DNA of 64,000 nucleotides from an uncultured Syntrophaceae bacterium (GTDB taxonomy: Bacteria; Desulfobacterota; Syntrophia; Syntrophales; UBA2210): contig CAZINZ010000002.1 of NCBI GenBank assembly GCA_964540715.1, forward strand, positions 9,630 through 73,629, in the 5' to 3' direction. Position numbers and translations under genes: made by a program. This document shows positions 37,799 to 45,548 of the stretch, in pieces (position 1 is the first letter of the stretch; every line of letters begins with the position of its first letter). The notes under the pieces were generated by a model. It saw only the letters and a program-made list of their open reading frames with translations. It was not told the origin of the DNA and made no database searches.

Positions 37799-38065
37799 TT
37801 CGTCTCAGTATTTGAGATCGACGCTATTGAACTTTAGTCCACGTCGTTTTATCAAGAGTTGATTCAGTGAAACGATTTGTCCAGGTTGTTGACGTAAGCC
37901 AGCCAAATGTCAAGTAAAAAAAGTGACTTAATATACTGATTTTATAACTTATTCACATGCAAAAACCCAACCGGAAATTACTGATTTTGACTAGTTATGC
38001 CTTAATTCGTTTGGCATGGAATAAGTTAAAAATCTCTCAGCGGCTGGTTAGCTGTGGAAAGACCT

Positions 38066-38548
38066 CTACCTTACACCGCCTGTATTGAGAAACTGCTGCC
38101 ACAACCCCTTAATACTAATACCGTCAGCATTGTACCAATGTGCTGGGCCTCGCACAGAATCGCTACTAAAACCAACTTTTTTTAATAGCTCCTTTGCGAG
38201 CTCACTCATCGAAAAGTGTTCATTATTCCAAATTAGATTCTTGCCTGAAATTTTAGCCTCGTACCCTTCAATCTTATTCCCCTGATAGTCATATAAATAT
38301 AGAACTTGCCCTTGATTGAGAAGGCCGGATTGAATCAGTTTGGGCAAATGAGTTTTTGGCTGTTTCTTGTTCTTTCTTATTAATTTGTCGGGTTGTGCGG
38401 GTTTCGGTACCGGGCTTTGGGGTTCCTTGGCCTTTTGGCTGTCGCCAAGCAAAAGCCTTCTGAGAGTCAGGTTTGGGGTTTCTACAAATGGGATAGCCTT
38501 GCTTTGAAGGTATCCAAACAATTCGTCATCGATTTCTATGGTTTGCAT
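38066..38548 (-). CDS. SeqA-N-terminal-like (RHH) + RAMA-domain protein, restriction-modification-associated type
   Basis: The N-terminus MQTIEIDDELFGYLQSKAIPFVETPNLTLRRLLLG resembles the SeqA N-terminal domain (MKTIEVDDELYSYI...). A Lys/Pro-rich linker follows. The C-terminal ~90 aa (GLLNQGQVLYL...FSMSELAKELL...VRGPAHWYNADG) fit the RAMA pattern. Family calls are from memory. Confidence 0.55.
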   Translation of the reverse strand: MQTIEIDDELFGYLQSKAIPFVETPNLTLRRLLLGDSQKAKEPQSPVPKPAQPDKLIRKNKKQPKTHLPKLIQSGLLNQGQVLYLYDYQGNKIEGYEAKISGKNLIWNNEHFSMSELAKELLKKVGFSSDSVRGPAHWYNADGISIKGLWQQFLNTGGVR

Positions 38549-38777
38549 CGTTGCCTCCTTATTCTAATTAATTTATAGAACAAGGATAAGACTAATTCTT
38601 ATTCTTGTCAAGTTAAATTAGAACAAGAATTGAAAAACTAACACTGTCAATAAATGGAATGTTTTACATGATATTGCCATTATAGCACTGAAATGATCCC
38701 ATCTATGCTTATATCCCAGTACATAAGCGGAAAAACATACCTCAATCCTTCCACTTTGTGATTTATATCATGTTATT

Positions 38778-39059
38778 ATGGAAAATAAGGGAAAATTCAG
38801 GCCGGACCCTCGGTTACGGCTTATGGATCAAGTTCGTCAGGTTATGCGCTATCATCATTACGCGTATCGTACCGAGAAAACATACTGTGAGTGGATTGAG
38901 CGGTACATAAAATCTCACGGCTGCACAAAACTTCCGGGAGATATGGGAAAAAGTGAAATTGAGGCGTTTCTAGGCCATCTGTCCACACATGAAAATGTTG
39001 CCGTGTCAACACAGTTTCAACAGAATGTTTTTTTGAATACCGGGCAGAATCACAAATAA
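38778..39059 (+). pseudogene. integron-integrase-type tyrosine recombinase, N-terminal SAM-like domain fragment only
   Basis: LMDQVRQVMRYHHYAYRTEKTYCEWIERYIKSHGCTKLPGDMGKSEIEAFLGHLSTHENVAVSTQ parallels IntI N-termini (e.g. [33 protein letters not shown]...EVEAFLSWLA...VSVSTH). Similarity is lost after about residue 78 and the ORF stops at 93 aa. The catalytic domain is absent. Confidence 0.7.
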
Positions 39060-39080
39060 TTGAAAATGACTCGAGATAAA

Positions 39081-39123
39081 AGAATCCCCCGTCCTTGCGC
39101 AAGGCGGGGGATTCTGGTTTTTT
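39081..39123. terminator. strong bidirectional intrinsic terminator
   Basis: AGAATCCCCCGTCCTTG / CAAGGCGGGGGATTCT forms a 16-bp stem with one bulge. It is followed by GGTTTTTT on the plus strand and by TTTTATC on the minus strand. Confidence 0.7.
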
Positions 39124-39149
39124 AGATTATACCAGGAAGCAAGGTCTCC

Positions 39150-39386
39150 TTACTGTTTTTTCATGTACATGCGCGCTTCCCCGTAAAGTCTCCAGATACA
39201 CAGGAATACAGCCAGTATGAAAAGGCCCAGCATGAAACTGGGTTCGGTATTGAGCCTGGCGTCAATCCAGCGACCGGCATAGAGGAACATGAACGATGAA
39301 GCAACGATTACAAAACCCCATACACTTATCTGTAATATCTGAGAGAGCGTTGTCCTAAGGTTCATTGAATTATGAGTGATCATCAT
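39150..39386 (-). CDS. small membrane protein, AtpZ/AtpI-like (tentative)
   Basis: 78 aa with two TM segments. The pattern FLYAGRWIDARLNTEPSFMLGLFILAVFLCIWRLY resembles the ATPase_gene1 family. There is no ATP synthase operon nearby. Confidence 0.4.
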   Translation of the reverse strand: MMITHNSMNLRTTLSQILQISVWGFVIVASSFMFLYAGRWIDARLNTEPSFMLGLFILAVFLCIWRLYGEARMYMKKQ

Positions 39387-39440
39387 GACTATTTCCTCCT
39401 TTCCTAATCGACTCCCCGTCCGAAGACAGGGGGCGAAAAC

Positions 39441-39716
39441 TTAACTTACCAGTGTCTTGAGCGCGTTCACAACAGGCGCCGTGAAGAGCGCAACGAGTAT
39501 CGCGTAGAGAGCGAAGGAACCGACGGCCTCGCCAAGATACAGTCTGGAATATTTGTGCTTCAGGGACGTAATGATCATTCCTCCAACTATCAGACATCCG
39601 AGATGAAAATAGGGAAAATTCCCTGCACCGGTCGCCGCATACTGAGCATAACCGAAAGAAGCGGTTGCCAGCACCACAAAAGCTGCCAGGATTAATGTTT
39701 GAAATATTCTTTTCAT
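39441..39716 (-). CDS. hypothetical small membrane/secreted protein
   Basis: 91 aa with a signal-like N-terminus MKRIFQTLILAAFVVLATASFGYA and two further hydrophobic segments. GGAGG lies just upstream of the ATG. Confidence 0.4.
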   Translation of the reverse strand: MKRIFQTLILAAFVVLATASFGYAQYAATGAGNFPYFHLGCLIVGGMIITSLKHKYSRLYLGEAVGSFALYAILVALFTAPVVNALKTLVS

Positions 39717-39934
39717 GGTTTATATCCTCCTTAGGATTATTTCATTTTGACCTTTGATAATGGAATAATCGTGCCAGATGCAGAGCTTCTGGCGAAAATA
39801 ATTATAACATGCTGAGTATATTGATATTATAGTGACAGGAGGGGCCGGGGGAATATGGTGTAAAATATCGAGATATGCGATTTATTAAAAGAAACGTCCA
39901 ATCCGGTTTAATGAAATGTTCAGGTCAGTCTCTG

Positions 39935-40105
39935 CACCCCTGCTGTGGGAAGCACGATCACCACTTCGCACAGTGGAAGACAAGTTACGTTGATGTATGA
40001 ACCATGGATTTCCCTGATGAAGAAGGATGCCTTTTTTCGGGAGGCATACCCTCCCCTCATCGTCGCAAGGTTTACCTGTCGTTATGTGCCGATTCATCCC
40101 TCCTG
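39935..40105 (-). pseudogene. degenerate duplicate of the maf 3' end (about 55 codons, frameshifted)
   Basis: 39960-40105 aligns to 41111-41255 (offset 1151) at about 75% nucleotide identity by hand alignment, with a 1-nt indel. Minus-strand frames read ...ITTGKPCDDEGRVCLPKKG... and ...PLCEVVIVLPTAGVQRLT*, compared with Maf ...GTNEPYDKAGGYAVQGKA...LPLCEVVTALKNAGVMRLS*. Confidence 0.6.
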
Positions 40106-40951
40106 CTGATCCTTTCTTCTGACAAGGATGGACACTATCTCCCCGGAGAAAAGCGTAATGGAGGCAATATAGAATACCCACAGTGCCGCATAAATCATTG
40201 CCTTAAGGGAACCATACACAAACCCTGCCGGGCTTCCTCCGCGGGAAAGATACATTAAGAACAGGTCTCTCGCTATCTCCAGCATGACGGCACATACTAT
40301 GCCGCCGATAAATGCGTGTATAAATGGGACACTCCTGTTGGGTATAAACCTGTATATCATTGTGAAAAACAAAATGGTGACAGAAAGTGGGATAACATAT
40401 CTGATCAGAGCGCTGTGAGCCAGCATCCCGCCCAATTCCCAGTGAGTAATATATTCGGTCAGCGTGGTTACTGCTAAGAAAAAGAGGATGGAACATAACC
40501 CGATGGGAATTATTGCCACGGACATGAACAGTGATTTGAATTTGCGTCGTTTTTTCGTCACTTTGAATATGGCGGTAAAGGCCGTCTCAAGTGAAGAGAA
40601 AAACATCGAGGAAGCCCACAGGAGAAACCCGAGGCTCAACCATCCCACATGACCTGTGATCCCCGATAACCGTTTGATCTCGGAGAGCAGTTTTTCCTCC
40701 ATATACGGGTGCAGATCCTTTATTAGTCCGGTAACTGCGCCATACGCGCTCTCCGAAGAGCCCAGTATAAGCGAACTTGCAAAGATAATCAGGAACAGTA
40801 CGGGAATCAGGGAAATCAGAAAATAAAATGCCACTGCTGCGGATAAATTTGGACACCCGTCATCAAAGAATGACCTGACCGCCTCGGCCAGAATTTTGAA
40901 TATATATATCAAATATCTCATTAAACCCCGCCCAACAATGGTTGTTTTCAT
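40094..40951 (-). CDS. YihY/virulence factor BrkB family membrane protein
   Basis: LSAAVAFYFLISLIPVLFLI followed by six TM segments, as in the YihY/RNase BN-like family. The start was moved to ATG 40951. Confidence 0.8.
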   Translation of the reverse strand: MKTTIVGRGLMRYLIYIFKILAEAVRSFFDDGCPNLSAAVAFYFLISLIPVLFLIIFASSLILGSSESAYGAVTGLIKDLHPYMEEKLLSEIKRLSGITGHVGWLSLGFLLWASSMFFSSLETAFTAIFKVTKKRRKFKSLFMSVAIIPIGLCSILFFLAVTTLTEYITHWELGGMLAHSALIRYVIPLSVTILFFTMIYRFIPNRSVPFIHAFIGGIVCAVMLEIARDLFLMYLSRGGSPAGFVYGSLKAMIYAALWVFYIASITLFSGEIVSILVRRKDQQEG

Positions 40952-41070
40952 TTTCCGGTCGCCTCGTAACTTGAAAATATTCGATTGGACACAGCTTCTT
41001 TCTCCCTCGTGGCGATCAGTTTGATCCACACTTCCACGACTCTTCCCTGGTTCTTCCGGCCATCATCTGA

Positions 41071-41652
41071 TCAACTCAAACGCATAACCCCGGCATTTTT
41101 CAGTGCGGTTACCACTTCGCACAGGGGAAGACCGATTACGTTAGTGTACGAACCGTGGATCTCCTTTATAAAGAAGGCTGCCTTCCCCTGGACGGCATAT
41201 CCCCCCGCCTTGTCGTACGGTTCGTTTGTCCCTGTGTACCAGTCTATCTCATCTCTCGAGATATCCTTGAATATAACGCAGGATTCAACGGTATCGTTTA
41301 CGATTATGCCCTCACCCTCCTTCACAATAGCAAAGCCGGTTATCACCCTGTGTGCTCTGCCACTGAGCATATCAAGCATCTGCTTTGCCTCAACGGCTGT
41401 TTTGGGCTTGCCGAGCATTTTTCCATCTATTATCACTACCGTATCCGCTCCCAACACCCATTTATCGGGTTTACCGCGGGATATTTCGAGTGCTTTTTCT
41501 CTTGACAGTCTCAGGACATGGTCTTCGGGCGATTCTCCTGCCAGAGATGTTTCATCAATCTCACTCGGAATTATTTCAAAATCCCGGATCAGCTCACCAA
41601 GGAGTTCTTTGCGCCGTGGTGAGGCCGATGCCAGGATAAAAGATGAATGCAT
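41071..41652 (-). CDS. maf: Maf-like nucleoside triphosphate pyrophosphatase
   Basis: FILASASPRRKELL, VLGADTVV, DKAGGYAVQG, GSYTNVIGLPL. The start was moved to ATG 41652. Confidence 0.9.
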   Translation of the reverse strand: MHSSFILASASPRRKELLGELIRDFEIIPSEIDETSLAGESPEDHVLRLSREKALEISRGKPDKWVLGADTVVIIDGKMLGKPKTAVEAKQMLDMLSGRAHRVITGFAIVKEGEGIIVNDTVESCVIFKDISRDEIDWYTGTNEPYDKAGGYAVQGKAAFFIKEIHGSYTNVIGLPLCEVVTALKNAGVMRLS

Positions 41653-41744
41653 ATTCAATACCTCTTGTCTCTTTCTATAATAGAAACGGGCATCAGGTGA
41701 GAACACCGTAATGCCTCGCCACAACAACCCCGGCAACCGAATGT

Positions 41745-42182
41745 TCAAACCGCGGAGATAACTCTGACCATAACTTTCCTCGTCCTTGGTCCGTCAAATT
41801 CACAGAAGAAGATCGACTGCCATGTGCCTAAAATCACATTGCCGTTCTCCACAAGTACAACCTCGGAGGAGCCAAAAAGTGAAGCCTTTATGTGAGCGGC
41901 TGAATTCCCTTCAATGTGTCTGTAATTGTCATCGAGAGGAATCGCCTTGTCCAGTTTCATCAATATATCTTTTGGAACATCGGGATCCGCATTTTCGTTA
42001 ATTGTAACCGCCGCGGTAGTATGCGGTACAAATACATAGCACGCGCCCTCAGTCACTCCGGTCATTTTTATGACAGATCTTATTTCCCTTGTGATATCGA
42101 CCATTTCAGATCTTGAGTGCGTTTTTACGACAAATTGATCCACACTACCCTCCTCCACAATATCGCGAGCCGCAAATAGCAT
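41745..42182 (-). CDS. yjbQ: secondary thiamine-phosphate synthase enzyme YjbQ (UPF0047)
   Basis: VPHTTAAVTINENADPDV and EGNSAAHIKASLFGSS. Confidence 0.85.
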   Translation of the reverse strand: MLFAARDIVEEGSVDQFVVKTHSRSEMVDITREIRSVIKMTGVTEGACYVFVPHTTAAVTINENADPDVPKDILMKLDKAIPLDDNYRHIEGNSAAHIKASLFGSSEVVLVENGNVILGTWQSIFFCEFDGPRTRKVMVRVISAV

Positions 42183-42215
42183 AATAACCAGCTGGAATCA
42201 TGCCAAATTTACCTG

Positions 42216-42244
42216 TTGACTTATTGTGACGCATTGTCTATAAT
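42216..42244 (+). promoter_or_regulatory. near-consensus sigma70 promoter of the Crp/Fnr-family gene
   Basis: TTGACT (42216-42221), a 17-nt spacer, then TATAAT (42239-42244), about 80 nt upstream of the ATG at 42325. Confidence 0.6.
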
Positions 42245-42324
42245 TTTTATAAGTGACTGAAAACGGTATATTCCGACATGTCAGGATTCACGATTAAAAA
42301 ATTGTCATATCAGGCGGGCATACC

Positions 42325-43014
42325 ATGAAAAATGAACTGTTCTTAAGGGGAGTCCACCTGTTCCAATCTCTCAGTCCCGCTGACAGCGAACACCTTGCCG
42401 CATCGCTGAAACACCGTTCTCTGAAAAAGGGAGAAGCGCTGTTCCGCAAAGGCGACGAAGGAACCTCACTTTATATAGTAAAGTCGGGAAGTGTCAAGGT
42501 TGTTCTTCCCTCAGAGATGGGGAACGAGATCGCGCCGGCAATACTGGCAGAGGGAGATTGTTTCGGCGAAATGGCTCTTCTCGACGCAATGCCGCGTTCA
42601 GCCGATATCGTGGCGCTCGAAGCTTCCGAGTTACTGGCCCTGAATCAAAAAGATTTTCTGACATTTCTGAAGGATAATGAGCCAGCTATACAGGCAATCC
42701 TTTCTTATCTCTCAATGCGATTGCGCAAGACAGACGATCTCCTGGAAGACGCGCACTTTCTAAACATATCAACAAGACTTGCGAGACGACTTGTTGAGTT
42801 GTCCAACAAATACGGATATCAGAGTGGAGAAAAATCCCCCGTTCAGATTGACCTGCGCCTGACCCAGAAGGATCTTGCCAGTATAGTTGGGACTACAAGA
42901 GAAAGCATCAACAAGGAATTGAGAATCCTGCGCGAAAAAGGGATGGTCAACACCGAAGGGCATACCATCCGAATCCTCGACCTGAAGCAACTCAAAAAGC
43001 GTGCCAACCTGTAG
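42325..43014 (+). CDS. Crp/Fnr family transcriptional regulator (cNMP-binding + HTH)
   Basis: Cyclic-nucleotide-binding fold (GDEGTSLYIVKSGSVKV, FGEMALLDAMPRSADIVA) and HTH (TQKDLASIVGTTRESINKELRILREKGMV). Confidence 0.85.
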   Translation: MKNELFLRGVHLFQSLSPADSEHLAASLKHRSLKKGEALFRKGDEGTSLYIVKSGSVKVVLPSEMGNEIAPAILAEGDCFGEMALLDAMPRSADIVALEASELLALNQKDFLTFLKDNEPAIQAILSYLSMRLRKTDDLLEDAHFLNISTRLARRLVELSNKYGYQSGEKSPVQIDLRLTQKDLASIVGTTRESINKELRILREKGMVNTEGHTIRILDLKQLKKRANL

Positions 43015-43090
43015 TTAAAATCCTTGCGTAAAAAACCCTCGGGACTGACTTCCTTCCGGAATTGGATTTCCATAAAACATCAATCGATCG

Positions 43091-43106
43091 TGTGATGTGT
43101 TTCACG
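43091..43106. promoter_or_regulatory. CRP-type palindrome TGTGA-N6-TCACG upstream of the pilD operon
   Basis: TGTGATGTGTTTCACG matches TGTGA-N6-TCACA at 9 of 10 positions. A TATAAT hexamer at 43153-43158 has no good -35. Confidence 0.45.
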
Positions 43107-43222
43107 CCAAAAGGATGAGGCGATTCATTGCATTCACCAATGATCTTTAGTATATAATCCTTAGTAGTTTCGTTTGCCCTGAAACTTCAGGATTTATTGA
43201 TAAATAACATGGGGTCACTGCA

Positions 43223-43999
43223 ATGGCTTTATACTCGGAATATTTGTTGGGAACCTTATCAGCGCTTCTGGGCGCCATCGTGGGAAGTTTTCTCAATGTA
43301 TGTGTCCACAGGATTCCATCGGGAGGATCAATCATCTTCCCAGCGTCTCACTGTCCGACCTGCAAGCATCATATAAGATTCTTCGACAATATACCGATCA
43401 TCAGCTACATCTTACTCAGAGGTAAATGCAGAAATTGCAATGAAAAAATATCCAGGATCTATCCCTCGATAGAATTACTGACAGCGGTAATGTCTCTGTT
43501 TCTATTTCAAAAATACGGCCTGTCATTCGAGTATCTTTTTTCCTTTGTGTTCACATGCACACTGATCGTTGTCACCTTCATTGATTTGAAACACCGGATC
43601 GTCCCTGATATGATCACCCTTCCCGGAATACCGCTATTCGCGCTTGCAGCTATCTTCTGCATGAACGTCACCTGTATGGACTCCATAATCGGCATCCTGG
43701 CGGGTGGAGGATTTCTGTTCTTGGTCGCCTTAGGATATAAGCTCCTGACAAAGAGAGAGGGAATGGGCGGAGGCGACATAAAACTGCTGGCCATGATGGG
43801 TGGATTTTTAGGGTGGCAGTCTCTGTGGTTTGTCATCATGGCAGCATCCTTTATCGGCGCGGTCGCTGGCATATCTGTCATGATCTGCAAGGGGAGGGAC
43901 TCGAGATATGCTATACCTTTCGGCCCTTTTTTGTCCATCGCTGCGGTCGCCTATATCTTCTGGGGTAATATGGTTATGAAACTTTTGTTTTACAGGTAG
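43223..43999 (+). CDS. pilD: prepilin peptidase (A24 family) / N-methyltransferase
   Basis: N-terminal Zn motif HCPTCKHHI...GKCRNCNEKI and aspartyl-protease motifs including GMGGGDIKLLAMMG. Confidence 0.9.
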   Translation: MALYSEYLLGTLSALLGAIVGSFLNVCVHRIPSGGSIIFPASHCPTCKHHIRFFDNIPIISYILLRGKCRNCNEKISRIYPSIELLTAVMSLFLFQKYGLSFEYLFSFVFTCTLIVVTFIDLKHRIVPDMITLPGIPLFALAAIFCMNVTCMDSIIGILAGGGFLFLVALGYKLLTKREGMGGGDIKLLAMMGGFLGWQSLWFVIMAASFIGAVAGISVMICKGRDSRYAIPFGPFLSIAAVAYIFWGNMVMKLLFYR

Positions 44000-44005
44000 A
44001 TAGAA

Positions 44006-44479
44006 ATGATGGCTGTCTCACCAAAGAAAGCCGGCTTTACGCTGGTAGAGTTGATGATCGTAATTGCAATTATGGCGATTTTAGCCGGCATTGCAGCGCC
44101 TAATTTCCAGGCCTATATGGCCCAGAGGAGATTAAACGGGGCAGCAAGGCAGGTAATGACAGATTTGATGGCGGCGAGGATGAAGGCTGTCAGTCTTAAC
44201 CAGAAGGTAAAGGTTTCCTTCACCAGTGATCATGAATACGAGATATGGAACGATGCAGATGGTAATGGAACCGTTGCCGACGACGAAGGTGATGATACTG
44301 AAAGGGACATCCATCCTGACTATCATGATGTAACCTTCAGCGCCTCAGCCGATCCGGTTTTCCAGCCAAGGGGAACTGCAACCTATAGTAAAATTACCTT
44401 AACGAGTGCCAGCGGACCGAAAAAATATGTTAAAGTTAGTTCTTGGACCGGGCGTGTAAAAATAGATGACACACCATAA
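44006..44479 (+). CDS. GspH/FimT-family minor (pseudo)pilin
   Basis: Prepilin N-terminus KAGFTLVELMIVIAIMAILAGIAAP and the GspH-like RRLNGAARQVMTDLMAARMKAV. Confidence 0.75.
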   Translation: MMAVSPKKAGFTLVELMIVIAIMAILAGIAAPNFQAYMAQRRLNGAARQVMTDLMAARMKAVSLNQKVKVSFTSDHEYEIWNDADGNGTVADDEGDDTERDIHPDYHDVTFSASADPVFQPRGTATYSKITLTSASGPKKYVKVSSWTGRVKIDDTP

Positions 44480-44515
44480 CCTCTGTGACAACTGTTAAAA
44501 TTAGAGGAAGGAAGA

Positions 44516-44905
44516 ATGAACAAGATCGCCAATTCCAGCGGGTTTACACTGATAGAAATCATGATAGCCATGTTTGTCCTTGCGGTCGGTCTTCTGGGTG
44601 CAGCGGGTGTGGTGATAACCGTTATCAATGGAAACGCATTGAGTAAGGAGATTACCACCGCGACGACGCTGGCCCAGGATAAAATGGAAGATATCATAAA
44701 TCTGGGATACTCTGGTACGCCATCATCAGATACAACTACAACGGAAGACTATAATTCTATTACATATTATCCGACATACAAAAGGGTTGCAGATGTAGAT
44801 GTTGACAGTCCGGCCGCCGCCATAAAAACCGTCGAGGTCAAGGTAGAGTTTCAATGGAAAGGCACCACGCATAACGTTACACTCAAGACAATGGTGTCAG
44901 AATAA
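44516..44905 (+). CDS. pilV: type IV pilus minor pilin PilV-like
   Basis: SSGFTLIEIMIAMFVLAVGLLGAAG; 129 aa; positioned between the fimT-like and pilW-like genes. Confidence 0.7.
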   Translation: MNKIANSSGFTLIEIMIAMFVLAVGLLGAAGVVITVINGNALSKEITTATTLAQDKMEDIINLGYSGTPSSDTTTTEDYNSITYYPTYKRVADVDVDSPAAAIKTVEVKVEFQWKGTTHNVTLKTMVSE

Positions 44906-45534
44906 TGAAACATCTCAAGAGAAAAATGGAAAAAGCGCTCTTCTCATCCACGGAAAGCGACCGCGGGTTCACCATGATCGAATTACTGATCGCCATGGCC
45001 GTCGGGCTCGTCCTCCTTGGAACCATGTACGGTGTCTTCACCATGCATAGCAAGACGTTTGGTACGCAGGAACGGATTGCCGAGATGCAGCAGACCGCCA
45101 GGGCCGCCATGGACATGATGACCAGAGAAATCAGGATGGCCGGATACAACCCGGCAGGTGCAACCTTTGATGGCATACCATATGACGCTGACAAGCTTGA
45201 GATATATGCGGATCTTGATGGCAATGGAGATACGAATGGCACAAATGAATATATAAAATATACCATGGATTCGGATTACCCTTTTGAGATCCGGCGAGAC
45301 ACCGGCGGTGGCAGACAAGAATTTGCCTTAAACATTCAATCCTTTAGTTTTGTTTATCTGGAAGCCGATGGTATTACGACGGTAACCACGTCTGCCGACA
45401 ATAACAAGATTCGACAGATACGAATCACAATAACCGCCAGGACCGCCAGTCCTGATCCGGATTACACGTCCAATGGCGGATACAGGAGTTATACCTTGAC
45501 ATCCGTTATAACCCCAAGGAATCTCGGCCTGTAA
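44905..45534 (+). CDS. pilW: type IV pilus minor pilin PilW-like
   Basis: DRGFTMIELLIAMAVGLVLLGTMYGVF and ARAAMDMMTREIRMAG. Confidence 0.65.
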   Translation: MKHLKRKMEKALFSSTESDRGFTMIELLIAMAVGLVLLGTMYGVFTMHSKTFGTQERIAEMQQTARAAMDMMTREIRMAGYNPAGATFDGIPYDADKLEIYADLDGNGDTNGTNEYIKYTMDSDYPFEIRRDTGGGRQEFALNIQSFSFVYLEADGITTVTTSADNNKIRQIRITITARTASPDPDYTSNGGYRSYTLTSVITPRNLGL

Positions 45535-45548
45535 AGGGGCAGCATCTT

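Noticed and set aside
39150-39716. Remnant of an N-type ATPase operon (AtpQ/AtpR-like small membrane proteins)
   Set aside because: Only the 78-aa protein loosely fits the AtpZ/AtpI pattern. No ATP synthase subunit genes follow, and the gene pair is closed by a strong terminator.
40985-41680. 231-aa plus-strand ORF antisense to maf
   Set aside because: The translation is Ser/Ile/Pro-rich and low-complexity, and it lies opposite a clearly conserved maf gene. There is no SD.
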